Shown here: piece after piece, positions 9,030 to 18,821 of the stretch
How positions within the stretch are numbered: position 1 is the stretch's first letter
Layout of the letters: each line of letters starts with the position of its first letter
NCBI RefSeq assembly: GCF_036387615.1
Contig: NZ_DASVTH010000032.1
Span: 7,491 to 71,490 of the forward strand
DNA: 64,000 nt
From: Allosphingosinicella sp.
GTDB taxonomy: Bacteria > Pseudomonadota > Alphaproteobacteria > Sphingomonadales > Sphingomonadaceae
Direction: 5' to 3'
Notes under the pieces: generated by a model
What the model saw: only the letters and a program-made list of their open reading frames with translations
Told to the model about the DNA's origin: nothing
Database searches by the model: none
Position numbers and translations under genes: made by a program

Positions 9030-10541
9030 GTGCAAGCCCCAGACCCCATACCGCGACCTCTCGATCAGCTGACGCTGCGAGGCGAGGCCAATGCGCCCGC
9101 TCTGGTCACGCGCGAAGGAATGCTCGACTATGCGGGGCTGGAGCGCGGCGTTGCCTCCCTGTCGGCGGCTCTCGCGGGCAAGGGGCTGGGGCCAGGACAT
9201 CGGGTGGCGAGCTGGCTTCCTAAAGGGCGGATGACCAGCCTCCTTCCACTCGCCTGCGCTCGCGCGGGGCTCGTCCATGTGCCGATCAACCCGCTGCTGA
9301 AACGCGCGCAGGTCGCGCACATCCTGACCGATAGCGGGGCGGCGATGCTGGTCACCGGTTCGGCCCGGCTTGCGACCCTTGCCACGGGCGATCTGCCGGA
9401 CGGGTGCCGGACCGTCGAGGAGGATGAGGGCGCGGCCATGCTGGCCGGGGAAGGCAGGCTGCCTCCCTCTAATGCCGACCCGGACAGCCTCGCCGCCTTG
9501 CTCTACACGTCCGGCTCCACCGGGCGGCCGAAAGGCGTGATGCTGAGCCACGCCAACCTCTGGCTCGGCGCGATCAGTGTCGCTCATTATCTGGAGCTCG
9601 GGCCGGGCGACCGGACGCTGGGCGTGCTTCCGCTCAGCTTCGACTATGGCCAGAATCAGCTGCTCTCGACCTGGGCGGCCGGCGGATGCGCGATCCCGGT
9701 CGAGTATCTGAATGCGCGCGACGTGATCCGCGCCGTCGAACGCCACCGGATCACCACGCTGGCGGGGGTGCCGCCGCTCTGGGTGCAGTTGGTCGAGGCG
9801 GGCTGGCCGCCCGCCGCTTCGCTGTCGCTCCGGCGCCTGACCAATTCCGGCGGGCGGCTTCCCGCCTCGATCGTCAGGCGCATGCGTGAGATGTTTCCCG
9901 CCGCCGAGCTGTTCCTGATGTATGGCCTGACCGAGGCGTTCCGCTCGACCTGGCTCGATCCTGCCTTTGTCGACACGCATCCGGACTCGATCGGCGCCGC
10001 GATTCCGTTCGCCGAGATCATGGTGGTCCGGCAGGACGGCACGCCCGCGCCGCCCGGCGAGACCGGCGAGTTGGTCCATGCGGGCCCGCTGGTCGCGCAA
10101 GGCTACTGGAACGATCCGGTACGCACCGACGAACGGTTTCGGCCGGCGCCCGCTGACTCTCAGTACGGAGGGACTTCCGTCTGGTCGGGCGATCGGGTCC
10201 GCGCCGATGAGCAGGGGCTGCTCTACTTCGTCGGCCGCGAGGACGCCATGATCAAGACCAGCGGCAACCGGGTCAGTCCGACCGAGATCGAGGAAGCGGC
10301 AGTGGCGAGCGGGATGGCGGCGGAGGCGGTCGCGATCGGCGTGCCGGACGATCGGCTTGGCCAGGCGATCGCGCTTGTCCTGCGCGGAGACCGCGGCCGG
10401 GAGGCGGACCTCAGACGGTATCTCAAAAGCGAGTTACCCAATTTTATGCAGCCCGCTTCTATTGTGTGGCGAAGCGAGCTGCCGCGCGGACCCAATGGCA
10501 AGCTCGACCGGGAGCGATTGCGGCAAGAGCTGATGTCATGA
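9030..10541 (+). CDS. Acyl-CoA/ACP ligase (AMP-forming), exosortase A-associated
   Basis: YTSGSTGRPKG, YGLTEAFRS, SGD, IKTSGNRVSP, NGKLDR. Confidence 0.92.
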   Translation: MQAPDPIPRPLDQLTLRGEANAPALVTREGMLDYAGLERGVASLSAALAGKGLGPGHRVASWLPKGRMTSLLPLACARAGLVHVPINPLLKRAQVAHILTDSGAAMLVTGSARLATLATGDLPDGCRTVEEDEGAAMLAGEGRLPPSNADPDSLAALLYTSGSTGRPKGVMLSHANLWLGAISVAHYLELGPGDRTLGVLPLSFDYGQNQLLSTWAAGGCAIPVEYLNARDVIRAVERHRITTLAGVPPLWVQLVEAGWPPAASLSLRRLTNSGGRLPASIVRRMREMFPAAELFLMYGLTEAFRSTWLDPAFVDTHPDSIGAAIPFAEIMVVRQDGTPAPPGETGELVHAGPLVAQGYWNDPVRTDERFRPAPADSQYGGTSVWSGDRVRADEQGLLYFVGREDAMIKTSGNRVSPTEIEEAAVASGMAAEAVAIGVPDDRLGQAIALVLRGDRGREADLRRYLKSELPNFMQPASIVWRSELPRGPNGKLDRERLRQELMS

Positions 10542-11773
10542 AGCCGATGGGAGCGATACCGGCCGGCTTCGGCCGTGAGGAAGCGATTCTGCAGGTGGGT
10601 GGCAGACCAGTGGACGCGCTCATCTCGGAGGCGGGAGGTACGCCGCTGTTCGTGTACGATCTTCAGCTGGTGGAGCGGCAGATCGCGCGTTTTCGCGCCG
10701 CCTTTCCCGGGGTTAAGCTGCATTATGCAATCAAAGCAAACCCTTATGGACCATTGGTGACGCATGTTGCGAGCTTGGTGGACGGGCTCGATGTGGCTTC
10801 AGGCGGCGAGCTTGCACTCGCCCTCGCGGCCAAAGTTTCGCCTCATCATATCTCTTTCGCCGGACCCGGTAAGCGCGACGCCGAACTGGAAGCGGCGATC
10901 TCGGCGGGGGTGACCATCAACTGCGAGTCATTGGGCGAAGCGGAACGTGGGCTTCGGATCGGCGACTTGCTCCGGCTTCGTCCGAGGCTGGCTGTGCGGG
11001 TCAATCCCGACTTCGAGATTCGCGGATCGGGCATGCGGATGGGAGGCGGAGCCAAGCCGTTCGGCGTCGATGCCGAGCAGGTGCCCGCTCTGGTCCGCCG
11101 CATCGTAGAGGCCGGGGCCGACTGGCGCGGCTTCCACATCTTTGCCGGATCGCAGGCGCTCAGCGCCGAGGCAATCATCGAAAGTCAGCGGGCGACGCTC
11201 GCGCTGGCGGCAGACTTGGCGGGGGCGGTCGGGCAGAGTCCGCCGGTGCTCAATCTGGGCGGCGGGTTCGGCATCCCCTACTTCAATAATGAGCAGCCGG
11301 TGGATGTCGAGCATATCGGCCGTGAGCTGACACGAAGCCTTGAGAGCCGCTCGGAACTCATTGCAAACACGATATTCGCAATCGAGCTCGGACGTTGGCT
11401 GGTGGGGGAGGCGGGGGTCTATCTGACCCGCATCCTCGATCGCAAGGTCAGTCACGGCAAGACCTTCCTGGTGACGGACGGCGGCATGCATCACCAGCTC
11501 GCCGCGTCCGGCAATTTCGGCCAGGTGGTCCGCCGCAACTACCCCGTCGCGATCGCGAACGGGATGGATCAGGACGCGACAGAGGAGGCGACAATCGTCG
11601 GCTGCCTTTGCACGCCGCTCGATCGCCTCGCCGAAGACGTCATGCTGCCGCGCGCGGCGGTGGGCGACATCGTGGCGGTGTTCATGGCCGGCGCGTACGG
11701 CCTTTCGGCCTCCCCTCAGGCCTTCCTGGCGCAGGAGCCAGCCCGCGAGATCTTGGTCGGCGCTGCGGATTAA
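10538..11773 (+). CDS. PLP-dependent decarboxylase (LysA/ODC fold), exosortase A-associated
   Basis: YAIKANP, DVASGGE, HIFAGSQ, NLGGGFG, ELGR, CTPLD. Confidence 0.92.
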   Translation: MKPMGAIPAGFGREEAILQVGGRPVDALISEAGGTPLFVYDLQLVERQIARFRAAFPGVKLHYAIKANPYGPLVTHVASLVDGLDVASGGELALALAAKVSPHHISFAGPGKRDAELEAAISAGVTINCESLGEAERGLRIGDLLRLRPRLAVRVNPDFEIRGSGMRMGGGAKPFGVDAEQVPALVRRIVEAGADWRGFHIFAGSQALSAEAIIESQRATLALAADLAGAVGQSPPVLNLGGGFGIPYFNNEQPVDVEHIGRELTRSLESRSELIANTIFAIELGRWLVGEAGVYLTRILDRKVSHGKTFLVTDGGMHHQLAASGNFGQVVRRNYPVAIANGMDQDATEEATIVGCLCTPLDRLAEDVMLPRAAVGDIVAVFMAGAYGLSASPQAFLAQEPAREILVGAAD

Positions 11774-11930
11774 TCAGGTTTTTCAACCTCGTCCCAGCCT
11801 GGGACAGGCCGGAAATGCACCTTGTTCCTAACGGTAATTTTACCTCTTGAACCCATAGCAGACCCATATCTCGCGCCCGTTCGCCTGGTCTTTGGGTAGC
11901 GCGGCGGGCCGACGTTCAAGAGGACCGACG

Positions 11931-12569
11931 ATGCATACGTTCAAGCTCCCCCTGATCCTCGGCCTTGCCGCCACCGCGCTCGCCGGGTGCGCAACCACCC
12001 AGACAGCCGGCAACCAGCTCCCCGCCGCCTCCTTCGTCGGCACGGAGACGGAAGTCGGAGATAAGTACATCATCGGCGCGCTCGACGAGCTGACCGTGTT
12101 CGTGTGGCGCAATCCCGAGCTTGGCGCGAAGGTTCAGGTCCGCCCGGACGGGCGGATCACCACGCCGCTGATCACCGACATGACTGCGGTCGGCAAGACG
12201 CCCGCCCAGCTGGCCGAGGATATCAAGAAGAGCCTCACTCAATATATCGAAGACCCGCTCGTCTCCGTGATGGTGGACAAGTTCCAGGGCACGTTCAGCC
12301 AGCAGGTACGGATCGTCGGCGCTACCGAGAAGCCGGCCTCCATCCCGTACCGCGCGAACATGACGCTGCTTGACGCAATGATCGCGGTCGGCGGGCTCTC
12401 CGAATTCGCCGCCGGCGACCGCGCCCGCCTCGTCCGTCAAGACAAGGCCACAGGCGGACAGAAGGAATATGACCTCAAGATCGCCCGTCTGCTCAAGAAG
12501 GGCGACACCAGCGCAAATGTGAAGCTGGAGCCGGGCGACGTCATCATCATCCCCGAGAGCATGTTCTGA
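11931..12569 (+). CDS. Polysaccharide export lipoprotein (Wza-like), XrtA/PEP-CTERM system
   Basis: Lipobox LAGC, VRPDGRITTPL, PGDVIIIPE. Confidence 0.92.
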   Translation: MHTFKLPLILGLAATALAGCATTQTAGNQLPAASFVGTETEVGDKYIIGALDELTVFVWRNPELGAKVQVRPDGRITTPLITDMTAVGKTPAQLAEDIKKSLTQYIEDPLVSVMVDKFQGTFSQQVRIVGATEKPASIPYRANMTLLDAMIAVGGLSEFAAGDRARLVRQDKATGGQKEYDLKIARLLKKGDTSANVKLEPGDVIIIPESMF

Positions 12570-12579
12570 GGAACACCTG

Positions 12580-14145
12580 ATGGACGGCCTCTACGAACAG
12601 CTTCGGATCGCGATCCACTCCGTCTGGCGTCGGCGCTGGCTGGCGCTCGGCGTCGCCTGGGCCTTGAGCCTTGCCGGATGGCTGGCGGTGGCGCTCATCC
12701 CGAACAGCTATGAATCGACCGCCCGCGTCTATGCGCAGATGCAGTCGATCCTGCCCGACAAGATCGGCATCACCGCCGCCGAGCGGCAGGGCGATCTGCT
12801 CCGCGTAAAGCAGACCCTGACCTCGACCGAGAACCTGACCAAGGTGGTGCGCCGCACCGATCTCAACCTGCTGGTCGGCTCCGAGCGCGATCTCGCCGCC
12901 CAAGTCGAGAAGCTGCGCGAGAACATCAAGGTCACCGCGCAGCAGGACAATCTGTTCGAAATCAGCGCCACGTCCGGCGTTGGCGGATTCTCCAATTCGC
13001 AGAACGCCCGGACCGCCGCCGTCATCGTCCAGACGCTGCTCGACCTGTTCGTCGAGGAGAACCTGTCCGGCGACCGCGCCGAGACCGGCCAGACGCTGAC
13101 CTTCCTCGACGAGGAGCTGCGCCGCCGCGAGCGCGCGCTGCAGGAGGCCGAGCAACGCCGGGTCGATTTCGAAACCCGTTTCATGGGCATGCTGCCGGGC
13201 GAGGGATCGATCGACCAGCGCATGTCCGCGGCACGGCTCGAGCTGTCCAACGTCGAGCAGCAGCTCATGTCGGCGCAAGGCTCGCTGAACGCGGTCCGCA
13301 GCCAGATGGCCGGCGTGCCGTCGACCATCTCCACCCCGAACTTCGCGGCCAGCGTCGTGACCGGCGGCGGCTATGCCACCGCCCAGCTCGGTGCGCTCGA
13401 AGCTCAGCTCAGCCAGGCGCGCGCCAAGGGCTGGACCGACTCGCACCCGGACGTGGTGGTCACGCGCCAGCAGATCGAGCGCATCCGCCCCGCCGCCGCG
13501 GCCGAGCGCGCCAACGCGGCCCCATCGGGCGCGTCGACCATTTCCACGCCCAACCCGGCGTTTACGTCCCTGCGCGCGATGGCCGCGGAGCGGGAGGCGC
13601 AGGTTGCGGCTGCTTCAGCCCGCAAGAACCAGATCACCCAGGCGATGCAGCTGCTCGCCGGCAAGCAGGCCGAGGAACCCGGCATGGCCGCCGAGCAGGC
13701 GCGCCTCAACCGCGACTATGAGGTGCTGAAGCGCCAGTATGACAAGCTGCTGGAGGATCGCGAACAGGTCCGCCTGCGCAGCGACGTCCAGAGCAAGACG
13801 GACGCGATCGATTTCCGCATCATCGATCCGCCGAGCCGCCCCAACGTTCCGGTCGCGCCGAACCGGCCGCTGCTCCTCAGCCTGATCCTGATCGTCGCGT
13901 GCGGCATCGGCGCGGGCGTGGCTTTCGCCAAGGGACAGCTTCAGGCCACCTTCGCCACCCAGAATCGCCTCGAGCAGATCACCGGCCTGCCGGTGCTGGG
14001 CTCCGTGGGCGAGGTCGTCACGGCCGAGCGGCGGACGCAGGACAAGCAGCGGCTGAAATGGTTCGGCGGGGCCGGGGCGGCGCTGGCCGGCAGCTACGCG
14101 ATCCTGATGCTGGTGGAATTCTGGCAGCGCAGCACGGTCGCGTGA
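12580..14145 (+). CDS. Polysaccharide chain-length determinant (Wzc/GumC-type membrane part)
   Basis: Two TM segments flanking a coiled coil; HPDVV and IIDPP...PNR motifs. Confidence 0.9.
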   Translation: MDGLYEQLRIAIHSVWRRRWLALGVAWALSLAGWLAVALIPNSYESTARVYAQMQSILPDKIGITAAERQGDLLRVKQTLTSTENLTKVVRRTDLNLLVGSERDLAAQVEKLRENIKVTAQQDNLFEISATSGVGGFSNSQNARTAAVIVQTLLDLFVEENLSGDRAETGQTLTFLDEELRRRERALQEAEQRRVDFETRFMGMLPGEGSIDQRMSAARLELSNVEQQLMSAQGSLNAVRSQMAGVPSTISTPNFAASVVTGGGYATAQLGALEAQLSQARAKGWTDSHPDVVVTRQQIERIRPAAAAERANAAPSGASTISTPNPAFTSLRAMAAEREAQVAAASARKNQITQAMQLLAGKQAEEPGMAAEQARLNRDYEVLKRQYDKLLEDREQVRLRSDVQSKTDAIDFRIIDPPSRPNVPVAPNRPLLLSLILIVACGIGAGVAFAKGQLQATFATQNRLEQITGLPVLGSVGEVVTAERRTQDKQRLKWFGGAGAALAGSYAILMLVEFWQRSTVA

Positions 14146-14156
14146 GGGACAAGGGC

Positions 14157-15284
14157 ATGAACCAGCACAGCTCGATCAAACGCCGCGGCTCGCTGCTCGA
14201 ACGCGCGTCGGAGCTTTACGACTTCAACGCCGCGATTCGCCCGCCGGTGATGCCGCAGCCGCCGGCGCCGCTTGCGCCGGTGATGCCGATCAAGGCCGAA
14301 CCGCCTGTGGCGACTCGGACTGAAGCCGTGGTGGAGGAAGTCGTCACGGCCGGGAAGCGGCGTAAGCGGCCCGTAATAATTTCGGAGCCGGAACCAGAGC
14401 AGGATGCCGCGGCTGTTGATCTTGCCGCGTCGGAACAGACGGAGGCAGGAGCCAGCGAGGCCGGTATTCTCTCCTTGGACGGCTACCAAAACAGCTATCC
14501 TCAAGCCGAAGAGCAGGTTCAGACCAGCTCTGAGCCCCGCCCCGCAACTTCGTCCCGCTCCGGGACGGTGGATCGCGAGGGCTTGCTCGAGGACGGTTAC
14601 ATTCTTCCTGATGCCCCGGTGAGCGCCCTTGCCGAGGAGTTTCGCATCATCAAACGTCAGCTGCTCCTAAGCGTCAGCCGCGGTGGCAAGATCGCCGAGG
14701 ACAAGCGCCAGACCATTCTCGTGTGCTCGGCCCAGCCGGACGAGGGCAAGACCTTCTGCGCCTTGAACCTCGCCTTGTCGCTCGCCGGCGAGCGCGACGT
14801 CGAGGCGCTCTTGGTCGACGGCGATTTCGCCAAGCCGGAGATCCTCTCCATCCTCGGCCTGCAATCCGGACCGGGCCTGATCGATGCGATCGGCGACCCC
14901 GACTGCGATCCGAACGATTTCGTTATCCGGACCGACATCGAAGGATTGTCGGTGCTTCCTGCCGGACGCCAGGCGAACAACGTCACCGAGCTGCTCGCCT
15001 CCGGCCGTACGCGCGATGTGCTCGCCGCGCTCACCCGCGATCATCCTCGCCGCGTCGTGATCTTCGATTCCCCGCCGGCGCTGATGGCCTCGCCGGCTTC
15101 GGTCCTGGCGGGACATGTCGGCCAGGTGCTGCTCGTGGTTCGCGCCGATCAGACCACCGAGGCCGATCTCAAGGAAGCGGTCGGCCTGCTTTCCGGCTGC
15201 GAGCATCTCAGCCTCATGCTGAACGGGGCCGGCTTCGCAGCCACCGGCCGCCGCTTTGGCGCTTATTACGGATATGGCCAATGA
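14157..15284 (+). CDS. Protein-tyrosine kinase ATPase (CpsD/CapB-like) with long N-terminal extension
   Basis: EEFRIIKR, Walker A SAQPDEGKT, LVDGD, IFDSPP, C-terminal YYGYG tyrosine cluster. Confidence 0.88.
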   Translation: MNQHSSIKRRGSLLERASELYDFNAAIRPPVMPQPPAPLAPVMPIKAEPPVATRTEAVVEEVVTAGKRRKRPVIISEPEPEQDAAAVDLAASEQTEAGASEAGILSLDGYQNSYPQAEEQVQTSSEPRPATSSRSGTVDREGLLEDGYILPDAPVSALAEEFRIIKRQLLLSVSRGGKIAEDKRQTILVCSAQPDEGKTFCALNLALSLAGERDVEALLVDGDFAKPEILSILGLQSGPGLIDAIGDPDCDPNDFVIRTDIEGLSVLPAGRQANNVTELLASGRTRDVLAALTRDHPRRVVIFDSPPALMASPASVLAGHVGQVLLVVRADQTTEADLKEAVGLLSGCEHLSLMLNGAGFAATGRRFGAYYGYGQ

Positions 15285-16918
15285 GCGCGCTGGGTCAGTT
15301 CAAACGCTGGGCCGTGCGGCTCGGCGCGGTCGCGCTTGCCGCGTCGGCAGCAATGCCCGCCTCCGCTCGTGTCTCGACAGGAGTTCACCCCTACATCGAG
15401 GTTCAGCAGGTCCTCAACGCCGACCTCGATAGCGGCGAGACGCTGACTTACACGGCGGTGGCGGCCGGGGTCGATGCGGGGGTCAGCACGCGCCGCGTTC
15501 GCGCCCAGATCAGCTACCGCTACGAGAAGCGCTTCGGCTGGGGTGATGACCTCGTCGATGGCGATTCCCACACCGGCATCGCCCAGCTCAGCGCCGACCT
15601 CATCCCCAACATGCTTCGGGCCAGTGCCGGCGCGCTCGCGACGCGGGCCCGATCGGACGGTGTCGGGCCGATCTTCGGCTTCACCAATGTCGACGATCCG
15701 GCGATCTCGGAAGTCTACAGCTTCTATGCCGGGCCTGAGCTTTCCACGCGCATCGGCGCATTGAACGTCACGGGCAGCTACCGCTTCGGCCTCGTCGAAG
15801 TCGACAACAAGGCCCTGCGCGGCCTGCCGCTCGCGCCCGGCGCGATCCTGCTCGACCGGTTCGACAGCTCGACCAACCACAGTCTGTCCGCCAGCGTCGG
15901 CATGGATGTCGGCGAGCTGCCGTTCGGCTGGACGGTCGGGGGCGGCTACTTTCTGGAGGAAGCCGACCGGCTCGACCAGGAGTTCGAAGCTCGCTTCATC
16001 CGCGGCGACGTGGTCGTGCCGGTTGGGTCCACGCTCGCGCTGACCGCCGGAGTCGGCTACGAGAAGATCGAGTCCAGCCAGCAGGACATCCTGCGCGATG
16101 CCGCCGGCCGCCCGGTGGTCACGCCCGGCGGTCGCCTGATCGGCGATCCGACCAAGCCGCGCCTGCTCGCTTACGAGACGGACGGCATCATCTGGGACGC
16201 GGGCGTGATCTATCGCCCGAGCCGCCGCACGGAACTGCAGGCGCGGGTCGGCCAGCGTTATGGCGGGACCACCGTCACCGCTTCGCTCAGCCACAAGATC
16301 AACGAGCGTTATGGCCTGAGCGCCAGCATCTATGACGGCGTCGAGACCTTCGGCCGCCTGCTGATCGCCGATCTTGCCGCAGTGCCTGTCGAGTTCGACA
16401 TCCGGCGCAATCCGCTCAACAACAATGTCGGCGGGATCGGCGGCTGCGTGTTCGGCACGGACCCGGGGACCGGCGCCTGCTTTGACGACGCCTTCCAGTC
16501 GATCGCCGGTTCCAGTTTTCGGAACCGCGGCGCCAACATCCTCTTCTCCGGCGGGCGCGGACCGTGGGGCTTCGGGATCGGCGCGAATTATTCCTCGCGC
16601 CGTTATTATCAGCCGATCGTGGAACAGGGCTTCGCGCTCGACCGGCGGACGGACGAAAGCTTCGGCCTCTATGCCGGCGCCACGCGTGACCTCAGCCGCA
16701 CCTCCACTGTCTCGCTCGACGCTTACGCGAACTGGTTCGACAGCGGCCTGACCGGTGCGGAGAGCGCCTTCAGCACCGGCATCACTGGCGGCTATTATCA
16801 GAGCTTCCTGTTCGATCGCCTCCAGGCCCACGCCGCGCTCGGCCTGTTCACCACCGACAATGGCGAGTTCGACAGCACCGTCGCTTCGGCGCTGGTTGGT
16901 CTGCGATACGGTTTCTGA
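15281..16918 (+). CDS. Outer-membrane beta-barrel protein of the PEP-CTERM locus
   Basis: Signal peptide, amphipathic beta strands, C-terminal LRYGF; ATGA overlap with the upstream gene. Confidence 0.8.
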   Translation: MSALGQFKRWAVRLGAVALAASAAMPASARVSTGVHPYIEVQQVLNADLDSGETLTYTAVAAGVDAGVSTRRVRAQISYRYEKRFGWGDDLVDGDSHTGIAQLSADLIPNMLRASAGALATRARSDGVGPIFGFTNVDDPAISEVYSFYAGPELSTRIGALNVTGSYRFGLVEVDNKALRGLPLAPGAILLDRFDSSTNHSLSASVGMDVGELPFGWTVGGGYFLEEADRLDQEFEARFIRGDVVVPVGSTLALTAGVGYEKIESSQQDILRDAAGRPVVTPGGRLIGDPTKPRLLAYETDGIIWDAGVIYRPSRRTELQARVGQRYGGTTVTASLSHKINERYGLSASIYDGVETFGRLLIADLAAVPVEFDIRRNPLNNNVGGIGGCVFGTDPGTGACFDDAFQSIAGSSFRNRGANILFSGGRGPWGFGIGANYSSRRYYQPIVEQGFALDRRTDESFGLYAGATRDLSRTSTVSLDAYANWFDSGLTGAESAFSTGITGGYYQSFLFDRLQAHAALGLFTTDNGEFDSTVASALVGLRYGF

Positions 16919-16945
16919 CGGGCTGGCAGCCCCACGGAGTGTCCC

Positions 16946-17947
16946 ATGTACAGTGATTTCTACGGCTTCAGCGACAGGCCCTTCCAGCTCACGCCGGATG
17001 CGCGCTTCTACTTTGGCAGCCGCACGCACAAGAAGGCGATGGCCTATCTCGGCTATGGCCTCGCCCAGGGCGAAGGCTTCATCGTCATCACCGGCGACAT
17101 CGGCGCCGGCAAGTCGACCCTGGTGGCGCATCTGATGGCGACCGTCGATCGTTCGCGTCTCAACGCGATCAACATCGTCTCCACCCAAGTCGAGGGGGAC
17201 GACATGCTGCGCCTGGCGGCGCAGGGCATGGGCCTGTTCACCGAAGGCGTAACCAAGGCGCAGCTGCTGGAACGAGTCGAGCGGCACCTTGACGACGAGG
17301 CGAGGCACGGCAAGCGCACGCTGCTGATCGTCGACGAAGCGCAGAACCTGTCCGTCTCCGCTTTGGAAGAGCTGCGCATGCTCTCTAACTTCCAGGTGAG
17401 CGGGCAAGCGCTGCTGCAGATCTTCCTGCTCGGGCAGCCGGAGTTCCGCGAGAAGCTGGCGTCCGAGAGCCTGGAGCAACTGCGCCAGCGGGTGATCGCC
17501 ACGCATCATCTCGAGCCGATGGAGCCGAACGAGGTTGAGCCCTACATCGTCCACCGGCTGAAGACCGTCGGCTGGGAAGGCAATCCGGTGATCGAAATCC
17601 CGGCCTTTGCCGAGATCTATCGTCACACGGGCGGTGTGCCGCGCAAGGTCAATCAGTTTGCCGGGCGCCTGATGCTCCACGCTGCGGTTGAGGAGCTCGA
17701 CACCATCGACGCGGAAACAGTGGTCGCGGTGGCCGAGGACCTCGAGGAAGACGCGCCGCGTCCGACGATCGAGCAACGTGGCATCAAGCCGACCTACGAG
17801 CCCGTCCGGGACCTCGCACTGGAGCGCCGCGTCGCGATGCTGGAGGCGCAGCTCGAGGAGCAGGAGCGGGCGACTCGGCGAGTCTTGACCTTGCTCGTCG
17901 ACTGGGTCGAGAGTGAGGAAGACGCCGTCATCCACCACGCGGCTTGA
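16946..17947 (+). CDS. ExeA-like AAA ATPase, XrtA/PEP-CTERM-associated
   Basis: PFQLTPD, GDIGAGKS, VDEAQNL, LLGQPEF. Confidence 0.92.
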   Translation: MYSDFYGFSDRPFQLTPDARFYFGSRTHKKAMAYLGYGLAQGEGFIVITGDIGAGKSTLVAHLMATVDRSRLNAINIVSTQVEGDDMLRLAAQGMGLFTEGVTKAQLLERVERHLDDEARHGKRTLLIVDEAQNLSVSALEELRMLSNFQVSGQALLQIFLLGQPEFREKLASESLEQLRQRVIATHHLEPMEPNEVEPYIVHRLKTVGWEGNPVIEIPAFAEIYRHTGGVPRKVNQFAGRLMLHAAVEELDTIDAETVVAVAEDLEEDAPRPTIEQRGIKPTYEPVRDLALERRVAMLEAQLEEQERATRRVLTLLVDWVESEEDAVIHHAA

Positions 17948-17975
17948 AGCGCGGCTCGCGCCCGGAAGGCTGCTC

Positions 17976-18821
17976 ATGCTGAACGCAATGTCCGTCGACG
18001 TGGAAGACTGGTTCCAGGTCGGCGCCTTCGAGAACGTAATTGCGCGGGAGAGCTGGGACCAGCTCGCGCCCCGCGTTGAGCGCAACGGTCATGCGGTGCT
18101 GGACCTGTTCGACCAAGCGGGCGTGAAGGGCACCTTCTTCACGCTCGGGTGGGTGGCCGAGCGTTACCCCACGCTGATCCGCCGGATCGTCGGGAGCGGT
18201 CATGAGATAGCAAGCCACGGCTGGGACCACCGGCGCGTCTTCACCATGGACGCGAACAGCTTCCGGGCCGACCTGCGGCGCGCACAGGCCGCGATCGAGG
18301 ATGCGGGCGGCCAAGCCCCCGTTGGCTATCGCGCGCCCAGCTTCTCGATCGACAAGCGCACCCCCTGGGCGCACGCGGTTCTGGCGGAGGAAGGCTATTG
18401 CTATTCCTCCAGCGTCGCACCCATCCGGCACGACCATTATGGCTGGCCCGAGGCGCCGCGCTTTGCGTACCGGCCGCTTGCAGACGCGGACCTGATCGAG
18501 TTGCCCGTGACTACGGTGGAGCTGCGCGGCCGGCGGATGGCTGCCGGAGGAGGAGGCTTCTTCCGGATGCTTCCCTACCGATTTTCCAGCTGGGCGATCT
18601 CGCGCGTGAACGGGACGGAGCAGCGCCCGGCCGTGTTCTACTTCCATCCCTGGGAAATCGATCCGGGCCAGCCGAGGGTAGCCAGGGCGCCGGTCAAGGC
18701 GCGTCTTCGCCATTACACCAATCTGCACGCGATGGAGGCCAAGCTCCTGAAGCTTCTTGGCGAGCATCGCTGGGGCCGCACCGACGAGGTGGTTCGCTCC
18801 GAACGTGAGCGGCTGCAATGA
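17976..18821 (+). CDS. Polysaccharide deacetylase, XrtA system
   Basis: SVDVEDWFQ, HEIASHG, GYRAPSFS, YFHPWE. Confidence 0.92.
   Translation: MLNAMSVDVEDWFQVGAFENVIARESWDQLAPRVERNGHAVLDLFDQAGVKGTFFTLGWVAERYPTLIRRIVGSGHEIASHGWDHRRVFTMDANSFRADLRRAQAAIEDAGGQAPVGYRAPSFSIDKRTPWAHAVLAEEGYCYSSSVAPIRHDHYGWPEAPRFAYRPLADADLIELPVTTVELRGRRMAAGGGGFFRMLPYRFSSWAISRVNGTEQRPAVFYFHPWEIDPGQPRVARAPVKARLRHYTNLHAMEAKLLKLLGEHRWGRTDEVVRSERERLQ

Noticed and set aside
11774-11930. Sigma54 promoter for the EPS operon
   Set aside because: No convincing TGGCAC-N5-TTGC match with correct spacing
15266-18085. 939-aa minus-strand ORF and similar long antisense ORFs (22802-24484, 45987-48335, 49685-51379, 36724-38202)
   Set aside because: Shadow frames of well-supported genes in high-GC DNA, with no recognisable motifs
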